Under the pieces are notes generated by a model. It saw only the letters and a list, made by a program, of their open reading frames with translations. It searched no databases and was not told the origin of the DNA. A stretch of DNA of 64,000 bases, from NCBI GenBank assembly GCA_013001285.1, contig JABDMU010000052.1:2714-66713 (forward strand). Direction: 5' to 3'. Made by a program: the position numbers and the translations under genes. Below are positions 1-9,582 of the stretch, in pieces (position 1 is the first letter of the stretch; each line of letters starts with the position of its first letter). The DNA comes from Flavobacteriaceae bacterium. Its GTDB lineage: Bacteria; Bacteroidota; Bacteroidia; Flavobacteriales; Flavobacteriaceae.

Positions 1-1
1 T

Positions 2-1477
2 GGAATGCGACCAATATCTACTTCATTAGGACTTGAGGCTTCTTTTGAAATTGGTGATGGATGGAAAATAAAGAACAATGGAAGGCTTTCTATTAATAGC
101 GGCCGATTTGTTTCTCCTTTTCCAGCTGAAGTTGCTACAGCATCTGCAATAGCTGATTCATTTGGAACAGGATCTACATTGGCCTTTGCAAATGATGGAT
201 CTGCTGTAAACGGCGGTAGTTTAGTAGCTAGAATTCATATGTTCGATACAGAATTAAATAACTTTAATAATTTCATGAATGATTTGAGACTAACAAAATC
301 ATTCGATAATGTAAATGTAACCCTTGGATATTTTAAATCTAATCAAAATGTTTCAATGTCCTGGCTATGGAATTCTTATCTGCAAGAAGTTAATGATGAT
401 AATGCAAGACTGATAAATGTGTTTGATGCAGCAGATAACCCTTTAAGTGATAATGGACTTTATGCCTATGGAGTTCCTTTTTGGGGGAATTGCTGTCAAA
501 GAAATTATGATACTCAATATAGCGTATCTGCACCATTTGTTAACGTTTCAATAGAAGCATCAGAAAAACTTAACATTGATGCTAGTTTGCGTTATGATAA
601 AGGTAAAGTTGACGGTTCATTTGCTGGAACAGTTCAAACTTCATTTGATATTAATAATGATGGTAATATTTCAGCACCAGAACAAAGTGTTTCGGCAATT
701 GATAATGCTAATCCAACAGCTGTTGATTATGATTATGACTATGTGTCTTACTCTTTGGGATTGAATTATAAACTACAAGAAAATCAGGCTGTATTTGGAA
801 GATATAGTCGAGGGGCAGCTGCAAAAGCTGATAGAATTTTATTTTCAGGACTAGACTATTTAGATGGAGATAGAATCAATGCTTTAGATTTCATTAATCA
901 AGCTGAAATTGGATATAAGAGAGGTTTTGAAAATGGTTCGTTATATGCAACTCTATTTTATGCAAAAACAGTAGAAGAAGGTGGTTTTGAAGCAACATCA
1001 AATAGTATCATAGAAAATGACTACAAATCTTTTGGAATAGAGGTAGAGGGGTCTTACAGATTCGATGATCTGCAACTTAGAGGAGGAATTACATTTACAG
1101 ATGCACAAGTAGACTCAGGTGATAATAAAGGTAATGCGCCAAGAAGACAGCCAGACTTTATTTACAATCTTATTCCATCATATAATTTTGGTTCTTCAAA
1201 GCAAAACTCTGTTGGTTTAAGTTTTATCGGACAGTCGAAAGCATATGCACAGGATAGTAATGAACTTGTAATGCCAGGCTTTGTAATAGTGAATAGTTTT
1301 GTTAATGTTGAGGTAACAAAGGGGCTTTCGGCTAACTTATCAGCAAATAACTTATTTGATTCCTTAGGAATTACTGAATCTGAAGAAGGAAGTATTACCG
1401 AAGGTCAAGTTAACTATGTAAGAGCGCGACCTGTTCCTGGTAGATCTATTTCACTAGGATTGAACTATTCATTTTAA
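2..1477 (+). CDS. TonB-dependent outer-membrane receptor, C-terminal beta-barrel part (5' end lies outside the window)
   Basis: Open frame from the window edge. Alternating beta-strand pattern rich in G/Y/N/S. Terminal LNYSF with C-terminal Phe is typical of TBDR barrels. No SusD gene follows. Confidence 0.8.
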   Translation, partial: GMRPISTSLGLEASFEIGDGWKIKNNGRLSINSGRFVSPFPAEVATASAIADSFGTGSTLAFANDGSAVNGGSLVARIHMFDTELNNFNNFMNDLRLTKSFDNVNVTLGYFKSNQNVSMSWLWNSYLQEVNDDNARLINVFDAADNPLSDNGLYAYGVPFWGNCCQRNYDTQYSVSAPFVNVSIEASEKLNIDASLRYDKGKVDGSFAGTVQTSFDINNDGNISAPEQSVSAIDNANPTAVDYDYDYVSYSLGLNYKLQENQAVFGRYSRGAAAKADRILFSGLDYLDGDRINALDFINQAEIGYKRGFENGSLYATLFYAKTVEEGGFEATSNSIIENDYKSFGIEVEGSYRFDDLQLRGGITFTDAQVDSGDNKGNAPRRQPDFIYNLIPSYNFGSSKQNSVGLSFIGQSKAYAQDSNELVMPGFVIVNSFVNVEVTKGLSANLSANNLFDSLGITESEEGSITEGQVNYVRARPVPGRSISLGLNYSF

Positions 1478-1540
1478 AAAAAATTTATTTGGAGTAGTAT
1501 TTAATTAAAATTTAGTTTTTAATTTGATTAATTGAAAGAA

Positions 1541-1577
1541 AGAGTTAATGACCCACAACATCATTGGCTCTTTTTTT
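1541..1577 (+). terminator. Rho-independent terminator after the TBDR gene
   Basis: agagttaatga...tcattggctct forms an 11-bp stem (two G-U pairs) followed by a T7 run. Confidence 0.6.
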
Positions 1578-1616
1578 GACTCTAGTTTAACCTATTAAGT
1601 CACAGCATAACTAAAG

Positions 1617-2939
1617 ATGAAAGCAGTGTTAAGAAAACCAAAGTTAAGTTTTTGGCAAATCTTAAATATGAATGTTGGCTTTTTTGGAATTCAATATAGT
1701 TTTGGATTACAACAAAGTGCAGTAACTCCTATTTATGATTTTTTGGGTGCAAGTCCAGATCAGATTCCAATTTTACATTTGGCTGGCCCTGTAACAGGTC
1801 TTTTAGTACAACCTATTGTTGGGGCGTTAAGTGATAAAACATGGAGTCCGAAGTTTGGAAGAAGGAAGCCTTACTTTTTAATTGGAGCAATTTTATGTAG
1901 CTTAACACTATTTGCATTTCCATTCAGTAGCTCGCTATGGATGGCAGCTGGATTACTATGGATTTTAGATGCTGGGAATAATACAGCAATGGAACCTTAT
2001 AGAGCGCTTATAGCAGATAAGTTGGATGCAGAGCAACAACCTTTAGGGTTCCAAATGCAAAGTTTCTTTACTGGCTTAGGTCAAGTGTTAGCAAATTTAT
2101 CACTATTTATTTTTCCATTAATTTTTATTGGTACAACTGGGTCACTTCCAACTTGGGTTTTCGCCTCCTTTTTCTTGGGAGCAGTTTGTTCTATTGGTTC
2201 TATTTTATGGAGTATAAGTAAGACCAAAGAAATTCCACCAACAGAAGAAGAACTAATAAAGCTTAGAGAAAAAAGAAGCGTTTTAGAACCGCTAATTGAA
2301 ATTTTTTCTGCCATTAAAGATATGCCAAAAGTTATGTGGCAATTAGCATTGGTTTATTTATTTCAGTGGTACGCTTTATTTTGTTATTGGCAAAATTCCT
2401 CAAAAAGTGTTGCACTTTCTGTATGGAATGCCACTCCAGAAAATAAGGAAACATATAGTGAAGCAGTAAGTTGGACGGGTTTGGTAAATGGATGGTATAA
2501 CGTAGTTACGTTTTTGGTTGCTTTTGCATTGGTTGGATTTGCTAAAAAGTACAGCGCAAAAAAAGTACATGCCTTTTGCTTGCTTATAGCAGCATTAGGG
2601 TTGTTGGTTTTTCCACATATTGAAAATAAAAATCTATTGTTCTTTGCTATTTCAGGATTTGGAATTGGTTGGGCAAGTATGATGGGCATACCCTATTTAA
2701 TGGTCGTTACAGATATCCCGAAAGAACGATATGGTGTTTATATGGGAATCATTAATATGATGATTGTCATCCCAATGATTATTCAAACGTTGTCTTTTGG
2801 TTTCATTTTAAAGCATTTTTTGAATAACGATCCACGTAACGCAGTTTCATTTGCAGGTATTTTACTAATAATTGCAATGATTTGTACACTATTAATTAAA
2901 ACTAAAACACCAAGTGACGATTTAGCGCTTGAAAAGTAA
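1617..2939 (+). CDS. GPH/MFS-type sugar:cation symporter (sucrose-transporter-like)
   Basis: About 12 hydrophobic segments. GRRKPYF loop motif after TM2 as in sucrose/SLC45-type carriers. Located between the TBDR and the fructosidase-like gene. Confidence 0.75.
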   Translation: MKAVLRKPKLSFWQILNMNVGFFGIQYSFGLQQSAVTPIYDFLGASPDQIPILHLAGPVTGLLVQPIVGALSDKTWSPKFGRRKPYFLIGAILCSLTLFAFPFSSSLWMAAGLLWILDAGNNTAMEPYRALIADKLDAEQQPLGFQMQSFFTGLGQVLANLSLFIFPLIFIGTTGSLPTWVFASFFLGAVCSIGSILWSISKTKEIPPTEEELIKLREKRSVLEPLIEIFSAIKDMPKVMWQLALVYLFQWYALFCYWQNSSKSVALSVWNATPENKETYSEAVSWTGLVNGWYNVVTFLVAFALVGFAKKYSAKKVHAFCLLIAALGLLVFPHIENKNLLFFAISGFGIGWASMMGIPYLMVVTDIPKERYGVYMGIINMMIVIPMIIQTLSFGFILKHFLNNDPRNAVSFAGILLIIAMICTLLIKTKTPSDDLALEK

Positions 2940-2995
2940 TTTCATTTTTTAAATAGCTCAAATATTACAAAACTAAAAAACGATTTTCATCATTT

Positions 2996-4069
2996 ATGAA
3001 TCAAATTCCAAAAGCCTACGAAGCTAAATTTGAAAATGGAATCCAACATCCGGAATTATATTTATGGGATGCATGGTCTTTTGTTGAAAACAAAGTAATG
3101 CATTTATATTGTCTTGCTATCCCACGATATAAATCCGATGGCTCGAAATTAGATCCGAGTGAACGCAATGACTTTCCATTTCATATAAGGCATTTTACTT
3201 CAAGTAATGATGGATTAAGTTGGAAAGACGAAGGCTGCTTTTTTAATTCAATTCAATATTCAAAACTGAACTACAGAACAATTTGGAGTGGTTGTGTTAA
3301 ACCAATGCCGAATGGCAAAAAACTAGTCGCTTATACAGGTATAGAGAATGCTGATTTGGATCATAAATATATTCAGAATATTACGTTAGCTACTTCTGAT
3401 GATGGCCATTCTGTAAATACTCTTGTCAATAAAGTGTTATTATCTCCGTCAAGAGACTGGAAATACATTACAGATAAAGGGTTCTATTTAGATGTACAAG
3501 ATAATCTTGGAAGTAACCAAGGAGAAGAGGGTGGGCCTATAATGGCTTGGCGCGACCCATTTATTTATTTTGATGTCAAGGGTAAATTAAATTTATTTTT
3601 AGCCGCAAAAATTAGACCTAGAGAAAGTGCATTAGCAAGAATTACTATGAATCAGAGGGAAGGTCTTTTTGAATTGGCTGAGTTGCACCCGCCAATTATA
3701 GTTCCTGATGTAGAAGATTTTACACAATTAGAGGTTCCTAAAATACTTTTTGATCATGATAATGAAACGTATTACCTAATTATTTCGACTTGTAACCGCT
3801 TGTATGAAAATCAACCAGAATCCGAAATTGAAAAGGAAGTTCGTTTATATAAGTCTAAAAACATGAATGGTCCTTGGGTATCACTTGGAGAAAATATACT
3901 TAATAAGGAGAATCTATTTGGTCTCACTGTTTTAAAAACTGATTTTAAAAATAATCGCTTACTATGTATGGCACCATACACGGAAGCTGCAGAAGAAAAT
4001 TTAAAACTAACATTTGCTCCAGTATTCTATGTTTATTTAGATAGTCTCAAAATTGAATTTATTAAATAG
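2996..4069 (+). CDS. Clan GH-J (GH32/GH68-like) beta-fructofuranosidase/sucrose hydrolase, cytoplasmic, propeller only
   Basis: LWDAWSF nucleophile-type motif, WRDPF (RDP motif), LEVPK (acid/base Glu context). No signal peptide. At 357 aa it is too short for a GH32 C-terminal beta-sandwich. Confidence 0.7.
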   Translation: MNQIPKAYEAKFENGIQHPELYLWDAWSFVENKVMHLYCLAIPRYKSDGSKLDPSERNDFPFHIRHFTSSNDGLSWKDEGCFFNSIQYSKLNYRTIWSGCVKPMPNGKKLVAYTGIENADLDHKYIQNITLATSDDGHSVNTLVNKVLLSPSRDWKYITDKGFYLDVQDNLGSNQGEEGGPIMAWRDPFIYFDVKGKLNLFLAAKIRPRESALARITMNQREGLFELAELHPPIIVPDVEDFTQLEVPKILFDHDNETYYLIISTCNRLYENQPESEIEKEVRLYKSKNMNGPWVSLGENILNKENLFGLTVLKTDFKNNRLLCMAPYTEAAEENLKLTFAPVFYVYLDSLKIEFIK

Positions 4070-4083
4070 CTTGTTCTGCGTAT

Positions 4084-4980
4084 ATGGAAGCATTAAAATT
4101 TGTGTGTTTTGGAGAAGTGCTTTGGGATGTTTTCCCAGACCATAAAAAAATTGGAGGAGCCCCATTAAATGTAGCCGTAAGACTTAATTCTTTTGGGAAC
4201 AACGTATCGATAATAAGTAAGGTTGGACAAGATGATCATGGAAAGAAGTTGTTAGAATTTATTAAAGAAAAACAGCTAAGTACTAATTACATTCAGATAG
4301 ATGCAACTTTGAAAACAGGAAAGGTTGAAGTAACTCTAGACGAAAAAGGATCTGCCTCCTATGATATTATGCTTCCAAGAGCTTGGGACAATATAGAAAT
4401 TCATGATTCAATTAAAAAGTTAGTGGCTTCTTCTGATGCATTTATTTTTGGGAGTTTGGCCTCTAGAAATGAAGTTTCTAAAAATACACTAGAAGAACTA
4501 CTTAAACTTGCTAGATTTAAAATTTTTGATGTTAACTTGAGAACACCATATTATACTCAAGAACTTCTATCTCGACTAATGAAAGAGGCCAATTTCATAA
4601 AATTTAATGAAGATGAATTGTTAGAAATTTGTGAGTATTATGGTTCAGAATATACCTCTATCGAGGACAATATTTGTTATATATCTGAGCAAACAAATAC
4701 TGACCACATTTGCGTGACTCTAGGAGGAGAGGGTGCCATACTTTACTATAACAACAATTTCTTTTACAATAATGGCTTTAGGGTAAAAGTGAAGGATACT
4801 GTTGGGGCAGGAGATTCTTTTTTGGCAACTTTATTAAACTTCTTATTAAAGAATAAAAACCCTCAAGATGCTATTAATTATGCATGCGCTGTTGGAGCAT
4901 TAGTAACTCAATTTGAAGGTGCAAATCCAAAGATAACTTTAGAAGACATTGAACAATTTGTACACTCCTTTCAGAATTAA
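4084..4980 (+). CDS. PfkB-family fructokinase
   Basis: N-terminal FGEVLWDVFP...GGAPLNVA and C-terminal DTVGAGDSF motifs of ribokinase/PfkB sugar kinases. Lies next to the fructosidase gene. Confidence 0.8.
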   Translation: MEALKFVCFGEVLWDVFPDHKKIGGAPLNVAVRLNSFGNNVSIISKVGQDDHGKKLLEFIKEKQLSTNYIQIDATLKTGKVEVTLDEKGSASYDIMLPRAWDNIEIHDSIKKLVASSDAFIFGSLASRNEVSKNTLEELLKLARFKIFDVNLRTPYYTQELLSRLMKEANFIKFNEDELLEICEYYGSEYTSIEDNICYISEQTNTDHICVTLGGEGAILYYNNNFFYNNGFRVKVKDTVGAGDSFLATLLNFLLKNKNPQDAINYACAVGALVTQFEGANPKITLEDIEQFVHSFQN

Positions 4981-5382
4981 ATTAATTGCTTCGCTTTTAG
5001 GAATTAAGTTATGTGTCTAGGAAATTCAGGTATCTTTTTGATTCATTGTAAGAGTCATATATTTTTATTATAGATTCAACCCTGATCATTTTTCATAATT
5101 TTATTGCGTGGAATGAGTTTTACATTCTTACCTGAGATAGCATCAAAAGGATTGATTAGAGTCTCATTTATTTGATATTCAAATTCAGAAGAATTCTAAC
5201 TAGCGGTCCAATGATTTTTTCCACTCTTGATATGATTTTTGAATTTCAGGATCAGTTGCTGGATATAGACCAATGATTGATTTTCCTTTGTTAATTTGTT
5301 CTTCGACAAAGGTTTCATATAGCGTCATTTCAAGGCATTCTTCAATGACCTCATTCATTATGCCATTGGGAATAACAATGGA

Positions 5383-5655
5383 TGTGAGATTGTCAAGCTT
5401 TTTCCAGGAGGAATTTATGGTCCTAGTTTTATAAAAGCAATTCGTGGTCCTCAACCATGGACATCCATAATGCCAACAGGCGGGGTTTCTCCAACAAAAG
5501 AAAATCTGGAAAGTTGGTTTAATGCAGGCGCAACTTGTGTAGGTATGGGATCAAAATTAATGGTAAAAGATAGTAATGGTAACTTCGATTACAAGAGAAT
5601 AGAAGAGCTTACTAAATTTTCAGTTGATCTTATTAGTGAATTAAAAAATAAATAA
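5383..5655 (+). pseudogene. eda: 3' remnant of a KDPG/KHG aldolase (eda-like) gene
   Basis: The frame reads CEIVKLFPGGIYGPSFIKAIRGPQPWTSIMPTGGVSPTKENLESWFNAGATCVGMGSKL, the conserved C-terminal third of Eda-type aldolases. The N-terminal two-thirds, including the catalytic Lys region, are absent. Upstream sequence in this frame is unrelated. Confidence 0.6.
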
Positions 5656-5801
5656 TTCATTTTACTAAAGCATCATTAGAGACCATTTCTAAATTGATGC
5701 AAATTCAAAATTTCTTTATTATTATATCAGATTTCCGGACTGGAAGTAATTCTTGAAAATAAGAACTGGACCATTAGTAACTGTTTGTCTATTTTTGTAG
5801 C

Positions 5802-6635
5802 ATGAAGGTCATCAAACAAATCATTTCATTTTACATCAATAGTAGTATTCACGTGGCCTTAGCGGTTTGTGCTTTAGCATATATCACTATTCTCAATTTT
5901 GATTTACCAAAATCTATAGACCTTTTGATCTTTACCTTCTTCGCGACGGTCACAGGTTATAATTTTGTCAAGTATTTTGGGATAGCAAAATTTCACCATA
6001 GAAGTTTAGCTCCTGATTTGAGATATATACAAATATTTTCTTTGCTATGTTTTATTGGCTTGGTGTATTACACCTTAAAATTACCTGCTAAAACATTATG
6101 GTATTTAGGAGGTTTAGCTGCGATCACATTTTTTTATGCCATTCCTTTTTTACCGAAGAGCTTATTTTTTGAGGGCAAGAAAAATTTAAGAGCAATTAGC
6201 GGCTTGAAGATCTATGTCATCGCATTTGTATGGGCCGTAACCACAGTAATAATTCCTATTGTTAATGCTAATGAACCTGTAAGTCATGACGCTCTTGTTT
6301 TCGCCTTTCAGATTTTAATTTACGTATTGGTTGCCATGCTACCTTTTGAAATAAGAGATATTCAATATGACAGCTTGAAATTAGCTACCATACCACAGCG
6401 AATCGGATTAAAAAAAACCAAACTCTTCGGAATTTTTCTATTGTTGGTATTCTTTATGTTAGAATTTTTAAAAGATCATCTTCGTATAGAAAATGTAATA
6501 ATCATTGGTATTATCACAATAATAACATTCGGGTTTTTAATGAGAAGTCGTGTTAATCAATCGGAATACTACAGTTCTTTTTTTATTGAAGCAATACCAA
6601 TACTATGGCTAGGATTGATCCTTTTAATTAATTAA
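5802..6635 (+). CDS. Polytopic inner-membrane protein, possibly a UbiA-superfamily prenyltransferase relative
   Basis: About 8 hydrophobic helices. FEIRDIQYD...TIPQRIG resembles the second Asp-rich UbiA motif, but I could not find the first NxxxDxxxD motif. A tatttttg -7 box sits at 5790-5797. Confidence 0.4.
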   Translation: MKVIKQIISFYINSSIHVALAVCALAYITILNFDLPKSIDLLIFTFFATVTGYNFVKYFGIAKFHHRSLAPDLRYIQIFSLLCFIGLVYYTLKLPAKTLWYLGGLAAITFFYAIPFLPKSLFFEGKKNLRAISGLKIYVIAFVWAVTTVIIPIVNANEPVSHDALVFAFQILIYVLVAMLPFEIRDIQYDSLKLATIPQRIGLKKTKLFGIFLLLVFFMLEFLKDHLRIENVIIIGIITIITFGFLMRSRVNQSEYYSSFFIEAIPILWLGLILLIN

Positions 6636-6892
6636 TGAAAATCTCTTAATTCTTTATTAAACGAACGTTCCAGAACTTCTTTTTCTTTAGCTTCAAGACA
6701 GTCAACATTTTCATTTTTAATAAGCTGAGTCAAGGTTGCATTATTCTTGGAATATTTTCTGCAAGCCCTGCAATAGATAAGATGTATGTTCAATTTGATT
6801 TTTTCCCAGATGGAAGCTTCATTGTATTGCGATTTATCACAATTATGATTTGCTTCATTACAGGAAATAAAAAATTTCGTTTTCGTACTCAT
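6632..6892 (-). CDS. Soluble zinc-binding (ZAS, HxxxCxxC) anti-sigma factor
   Basis: HLIYCRACR equals H-x3-C-x2-C, with upstream Cys/His (SCNEANHNC). No transmembrane segment. The ATG overlaps the sigma-factor stop as TAATG. Confidence 0.65.
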   Translation of the reverse strand: MSTKTKFFISCNEANHNCDKSQYNEASIWEKIKLNIHLIYCRACRKYSKNNATLTQLIKNENVDCLEAKEKEVLERSFNKELRDFH

Positions 6893-7446
6893 TAATACCA
6901 ATTCTTTTCAAGACAAGAGGCCATTGCCGTTCTTGCTCTATGGATGATAACCCAAAGGTTAGACGCCGTAATATCTAATTCATTACAAATAGCTTCAGTT
7001 TCATAACCAAGTAAGGTCTTCATTTTGAAGACTCTGGCTTGTTTTTCTGGCAATTTTCCAATACAATCATGAATTGCCAATCCTAACTCTGTATTGACCA
7101 TTGCATCTTCAGCTGTTTTATCAAAGGGGTCTTTAACCCGTTCCTCTAACCAATTTCCTTCATTTTCGGCATCATAACTGAAATTTACACGGACCTCGGC
7201 TTGCCCTTTTTTCGAGTTGATCTTTCGGTAGTGATCAATGATCTTCCGTTTTAAAATAGAAATCAACCACGTACGCTCACTGGCTTCACCTTTGAAATTC
7301 TTCATAGATTTTAAACCAGCAAAAAAAGTATCTTGTACTAGATCTTGGGCCGTCTCTCTATCACTTACACGGGTGATGGTGTAATTGAAAAGATAGTCGG
7401 AATACCTATCGATCCAACCGTTTGGTTCTATTTTATGACCTGACAT
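6892..7446 (-). CDS. ECF-type sigma-70 family RNA polymerase sigma factor
   Basis: Region 2 (AQDLVQDTFFAGL...ERTWLISILKRKIIDHYR) and region 4 HTH (LPEKQARVFKMKTLLGYETEAICNELDITASNLWVIIHRAR). The ORF could also start at the GTG at 7470. Confidence 0.85.
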   Translation of the reverse strand: MSGHKIEPNGWIDRYSDYLFNYTITRVSDRETAQDLVQDTFFAGLKSMKNFKGEASERTWLISILKRKIIDHYRKINSKKGQAEVRVNFSYDAENEGNWLEERVKDPFDKTAEDAMVNTELGLAIHDCIGKLPEKQARVFKMKTLLGYETEAICNELDITASNLWVIIHRARTAMASCLEKNWY

Positions 7447-7551
7447 AACTAGTGTATTACTAATGCTCACTCAAAAATAGAAATAAAAGATGATTATTTC
7501 CCATTTTAAGTACAGTTTAAGACATCCTTAAATAGAAAGAAACTATAGGTC

Positions 7552-9582
7552 TCATTTAATGAGTCCTGCCCGACGTAATAAAGCTTCCGGCTTTGGGTCT
7601 TGACCTCTAAATCTTCTATACAATTCGGAAGGTTTTTCGGTCCCGCCCTTGCTCAAGACATGTTCTTTAAAATCAGAAGCTACTTTTTTATTAAAGACTC
7701 CTTTTTCTTTAAATAATTCGAAAGCATCTGCATCCAATACTTCGGCCCATTTATAGCTATAATACCCCGAACTATAACCACCCTGAAAAATATGTGAAAA
7801 TGAAGTGCTCATGCAGTTCTCAGGTATGTCAGGATATAATTGAGTACTCGCGAAGGCCTTTTTTTCATGACCTTTGACATCAGTTATTCCAGAAGGGTCT
7901 ATGCCGTGCCAATTCATATCAAGTAGCCCAAGACTAATTTGTCTCAGGGTTTGCATACCCTCATGAAACGTTGAAGATTCCTTTATTTTATTAATAAGAT
8001 CCATTGGAATTGTATCATCAGACTCATAATGACGCGCAAAAAGCTCAAGGGCTTCTTTTTCAAAACACCAGTTCTCTAAAATTTGACTAGGCAATTCAAC
8101 AAAATCCCAATGCACACTGGTTCCAGATAGACCTGGATAGGTAGTGTTTGCCAACATACCGTGAAGGGCATGACCAAATTCATGAAATAATGTTTTTACC
8201 TCATTAAACGTCAACAAGGACGGTTTGCTTTTTGTTGGTTTGGTGAAATTACAGACAATAGATATGTGAGGCCGTTCATTAGATCCGTCTAATCGGTATT
8301 GTGGTTTATAAGATGTCATCCAGGCGCCATTTCTTTTTCCTGGTCTTGGAAAGAAATCAGCATAGAATATAGCAACCATTTCACCTTTATCATCGCTTAC
8401 TTTATAAGTTAAGACATCCTTATGATATTTATCTATTGAATCGATCTCTTCAAAATTAAGATCGAAAAGTTTATAAGCAACTTTAAAAACACCGTCGATT
8501 ACATTTTCAAGTTTGAAGTAAGGCTTTAATTTTTCATCATCGAGATTAAATAATTTTTGCTTTAATTTTTCTGAATAATAAGCTGAGTCCCATTTTTGAA
8601 GGGTTTCTATGCCATCAAGATCTTTAGCAAATTCTTGAAGATTTGTGAATTCCTTTTCCGCAGCTGGTTTTGCCTTCAATAACAGATCATTTAAGAATGA
8701 GAATACAGCTTCAGGTGTCTCTGCCATACGCTCTTCAAGAACAAAGTGAGCATGAGTTTTATAGCCTAAGAGATTTGCACGTTCATGTCTGAGTGTCGCT
8801 ATTTGGATAATATTTTTTTGATTATCAAATTTATTTCCCTGAAATCCTTTTGCACCAAATGCTAATGCCAGTTTTTTACGCAGAGCTCTATTTTTTGCAT
8901 AGGTCATAAATGGAATATAACTCGGGTAATCCAAGGTGAATATCCAACCTTCTTTTTGTTTCGATTCTGCTAATTGTTTCGCAGCTTCAATAGTCCCTTC
9001 CGGAAGTCCATCTAGATCCTTTTCTGAAGTCACATGCAATTCAAAAGCATTGGTTTCTGCCAGTACGTTTTCACCAAAAGTTAAGCTTAACCGACTTAAT
9101 TTTTTATCTATTTCACGAAGAACCGACTTTTTATCATCAGCTAAGTTCGCTCCATTTCTCGCGAAACTTTTGTACTTTTTTCTCAAAAGCGTTTTTTGTT
9201 CTTCGCTGAGCTTTAGTGAATCCTTTTTCTCATAGACCTGCTGTACTCGTGCAAACAAATCTTGGTTGAGCCTAATATCATTGCTAAATTCAGAAAGTAG
9301 CGGAGATACTTCCTGCGCTATTGCTTGAATTTCATCATTGGTTTCGGCAGAATTAAGATTATAAAATATACTTGTTATCCTATCTAATTCTGAACCCGAA
9401 AAATCTAAGGCTTCAATGGTATTTTCAAATGATGCCTGATCTTTATTGGTGATTATTAATTCTATTTCATCCTTTGCTGTCTGAATAGCTTTTTTTATTG
9501 CAGGCAGAAAATGAGCGTTTTCAATTTTTGAAAATGGAGCCGTATTATAAGCTGTATCAAATGGAAAATTTAGGATATTCAT
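7552..9582 (-). CDS. dcp: M3-family zinc metallopeptidase (peptidyl-dipeptidase Dcp / oligopeptidase A-like)
   Basis: HEFGHALH zinc motif. Length of 676 aa and overall M3 architecture. Confidence 0.85.
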   Translation of the reverse strand: MNILNFPFDTAYNTAPFSKIENAHFLPAIKKAIQTAKDEIELIITNKDQASFENTIEALDFSGSELDRITSIFYNLNSAETNDEIQAIAQEVSPLLSEFSNDIRLNQDLFARVQQVYEKKDSLKLSEEQKTLLRKKYKSFARNGANLADDKKSVLREIDKKLSRLSLTFGENVLAETNAFELHVTSEKDLDGLPEGTIEAAKQLAESKQKEGWIFTLDYPSYIPFMTYAKNRALRKKLALAFGAKGFQGNKFDNQKNIIQIATLRHERANLLGYKTHAHFVLEERMAETPEAVFSFLNDLLLKAKPAAEKEFTNLQEFAKDLDGIETLQKWDSAYYSEKLKQKLFNLDDEKLKPYFKLENVIDGVFKVAYKLFDLNFEEIDSIDKYHKDVLTYKVSDDKGEMVAIFYADFFPRPGKRNGAWMTSYKPQYRLDGSNERPHISIVCNFTKPTKSKPSLLTFNEVKTLFHEFGHALHGMLANTTYPGLSGTSVHWDFVELPSQILENWCFEKEALELFARHYESDDTIPMDLINKIKESSTFHEGMQTLRQISLGLLDMNWHGIDPSGITDVKGHEKKAFASTQLYPDIPENCMSTSFSHIFQGGYSSGYYSYKWAEVLDADAFELFKEKGVFNKKVASDFKEHVLSKGGTEKPSELYRRFRGQDPKPEALLRRAGLIK

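Noticed and set aside
5200-5454. 84-aa minus-strand ORF, considered as a real small gene or antitoxin.
   Set aside because: Its first third overlaps the eda remnant in antisense. It has no recognisable motif, start context or partner gene. It is kept only as part of the decayed-junction finding.
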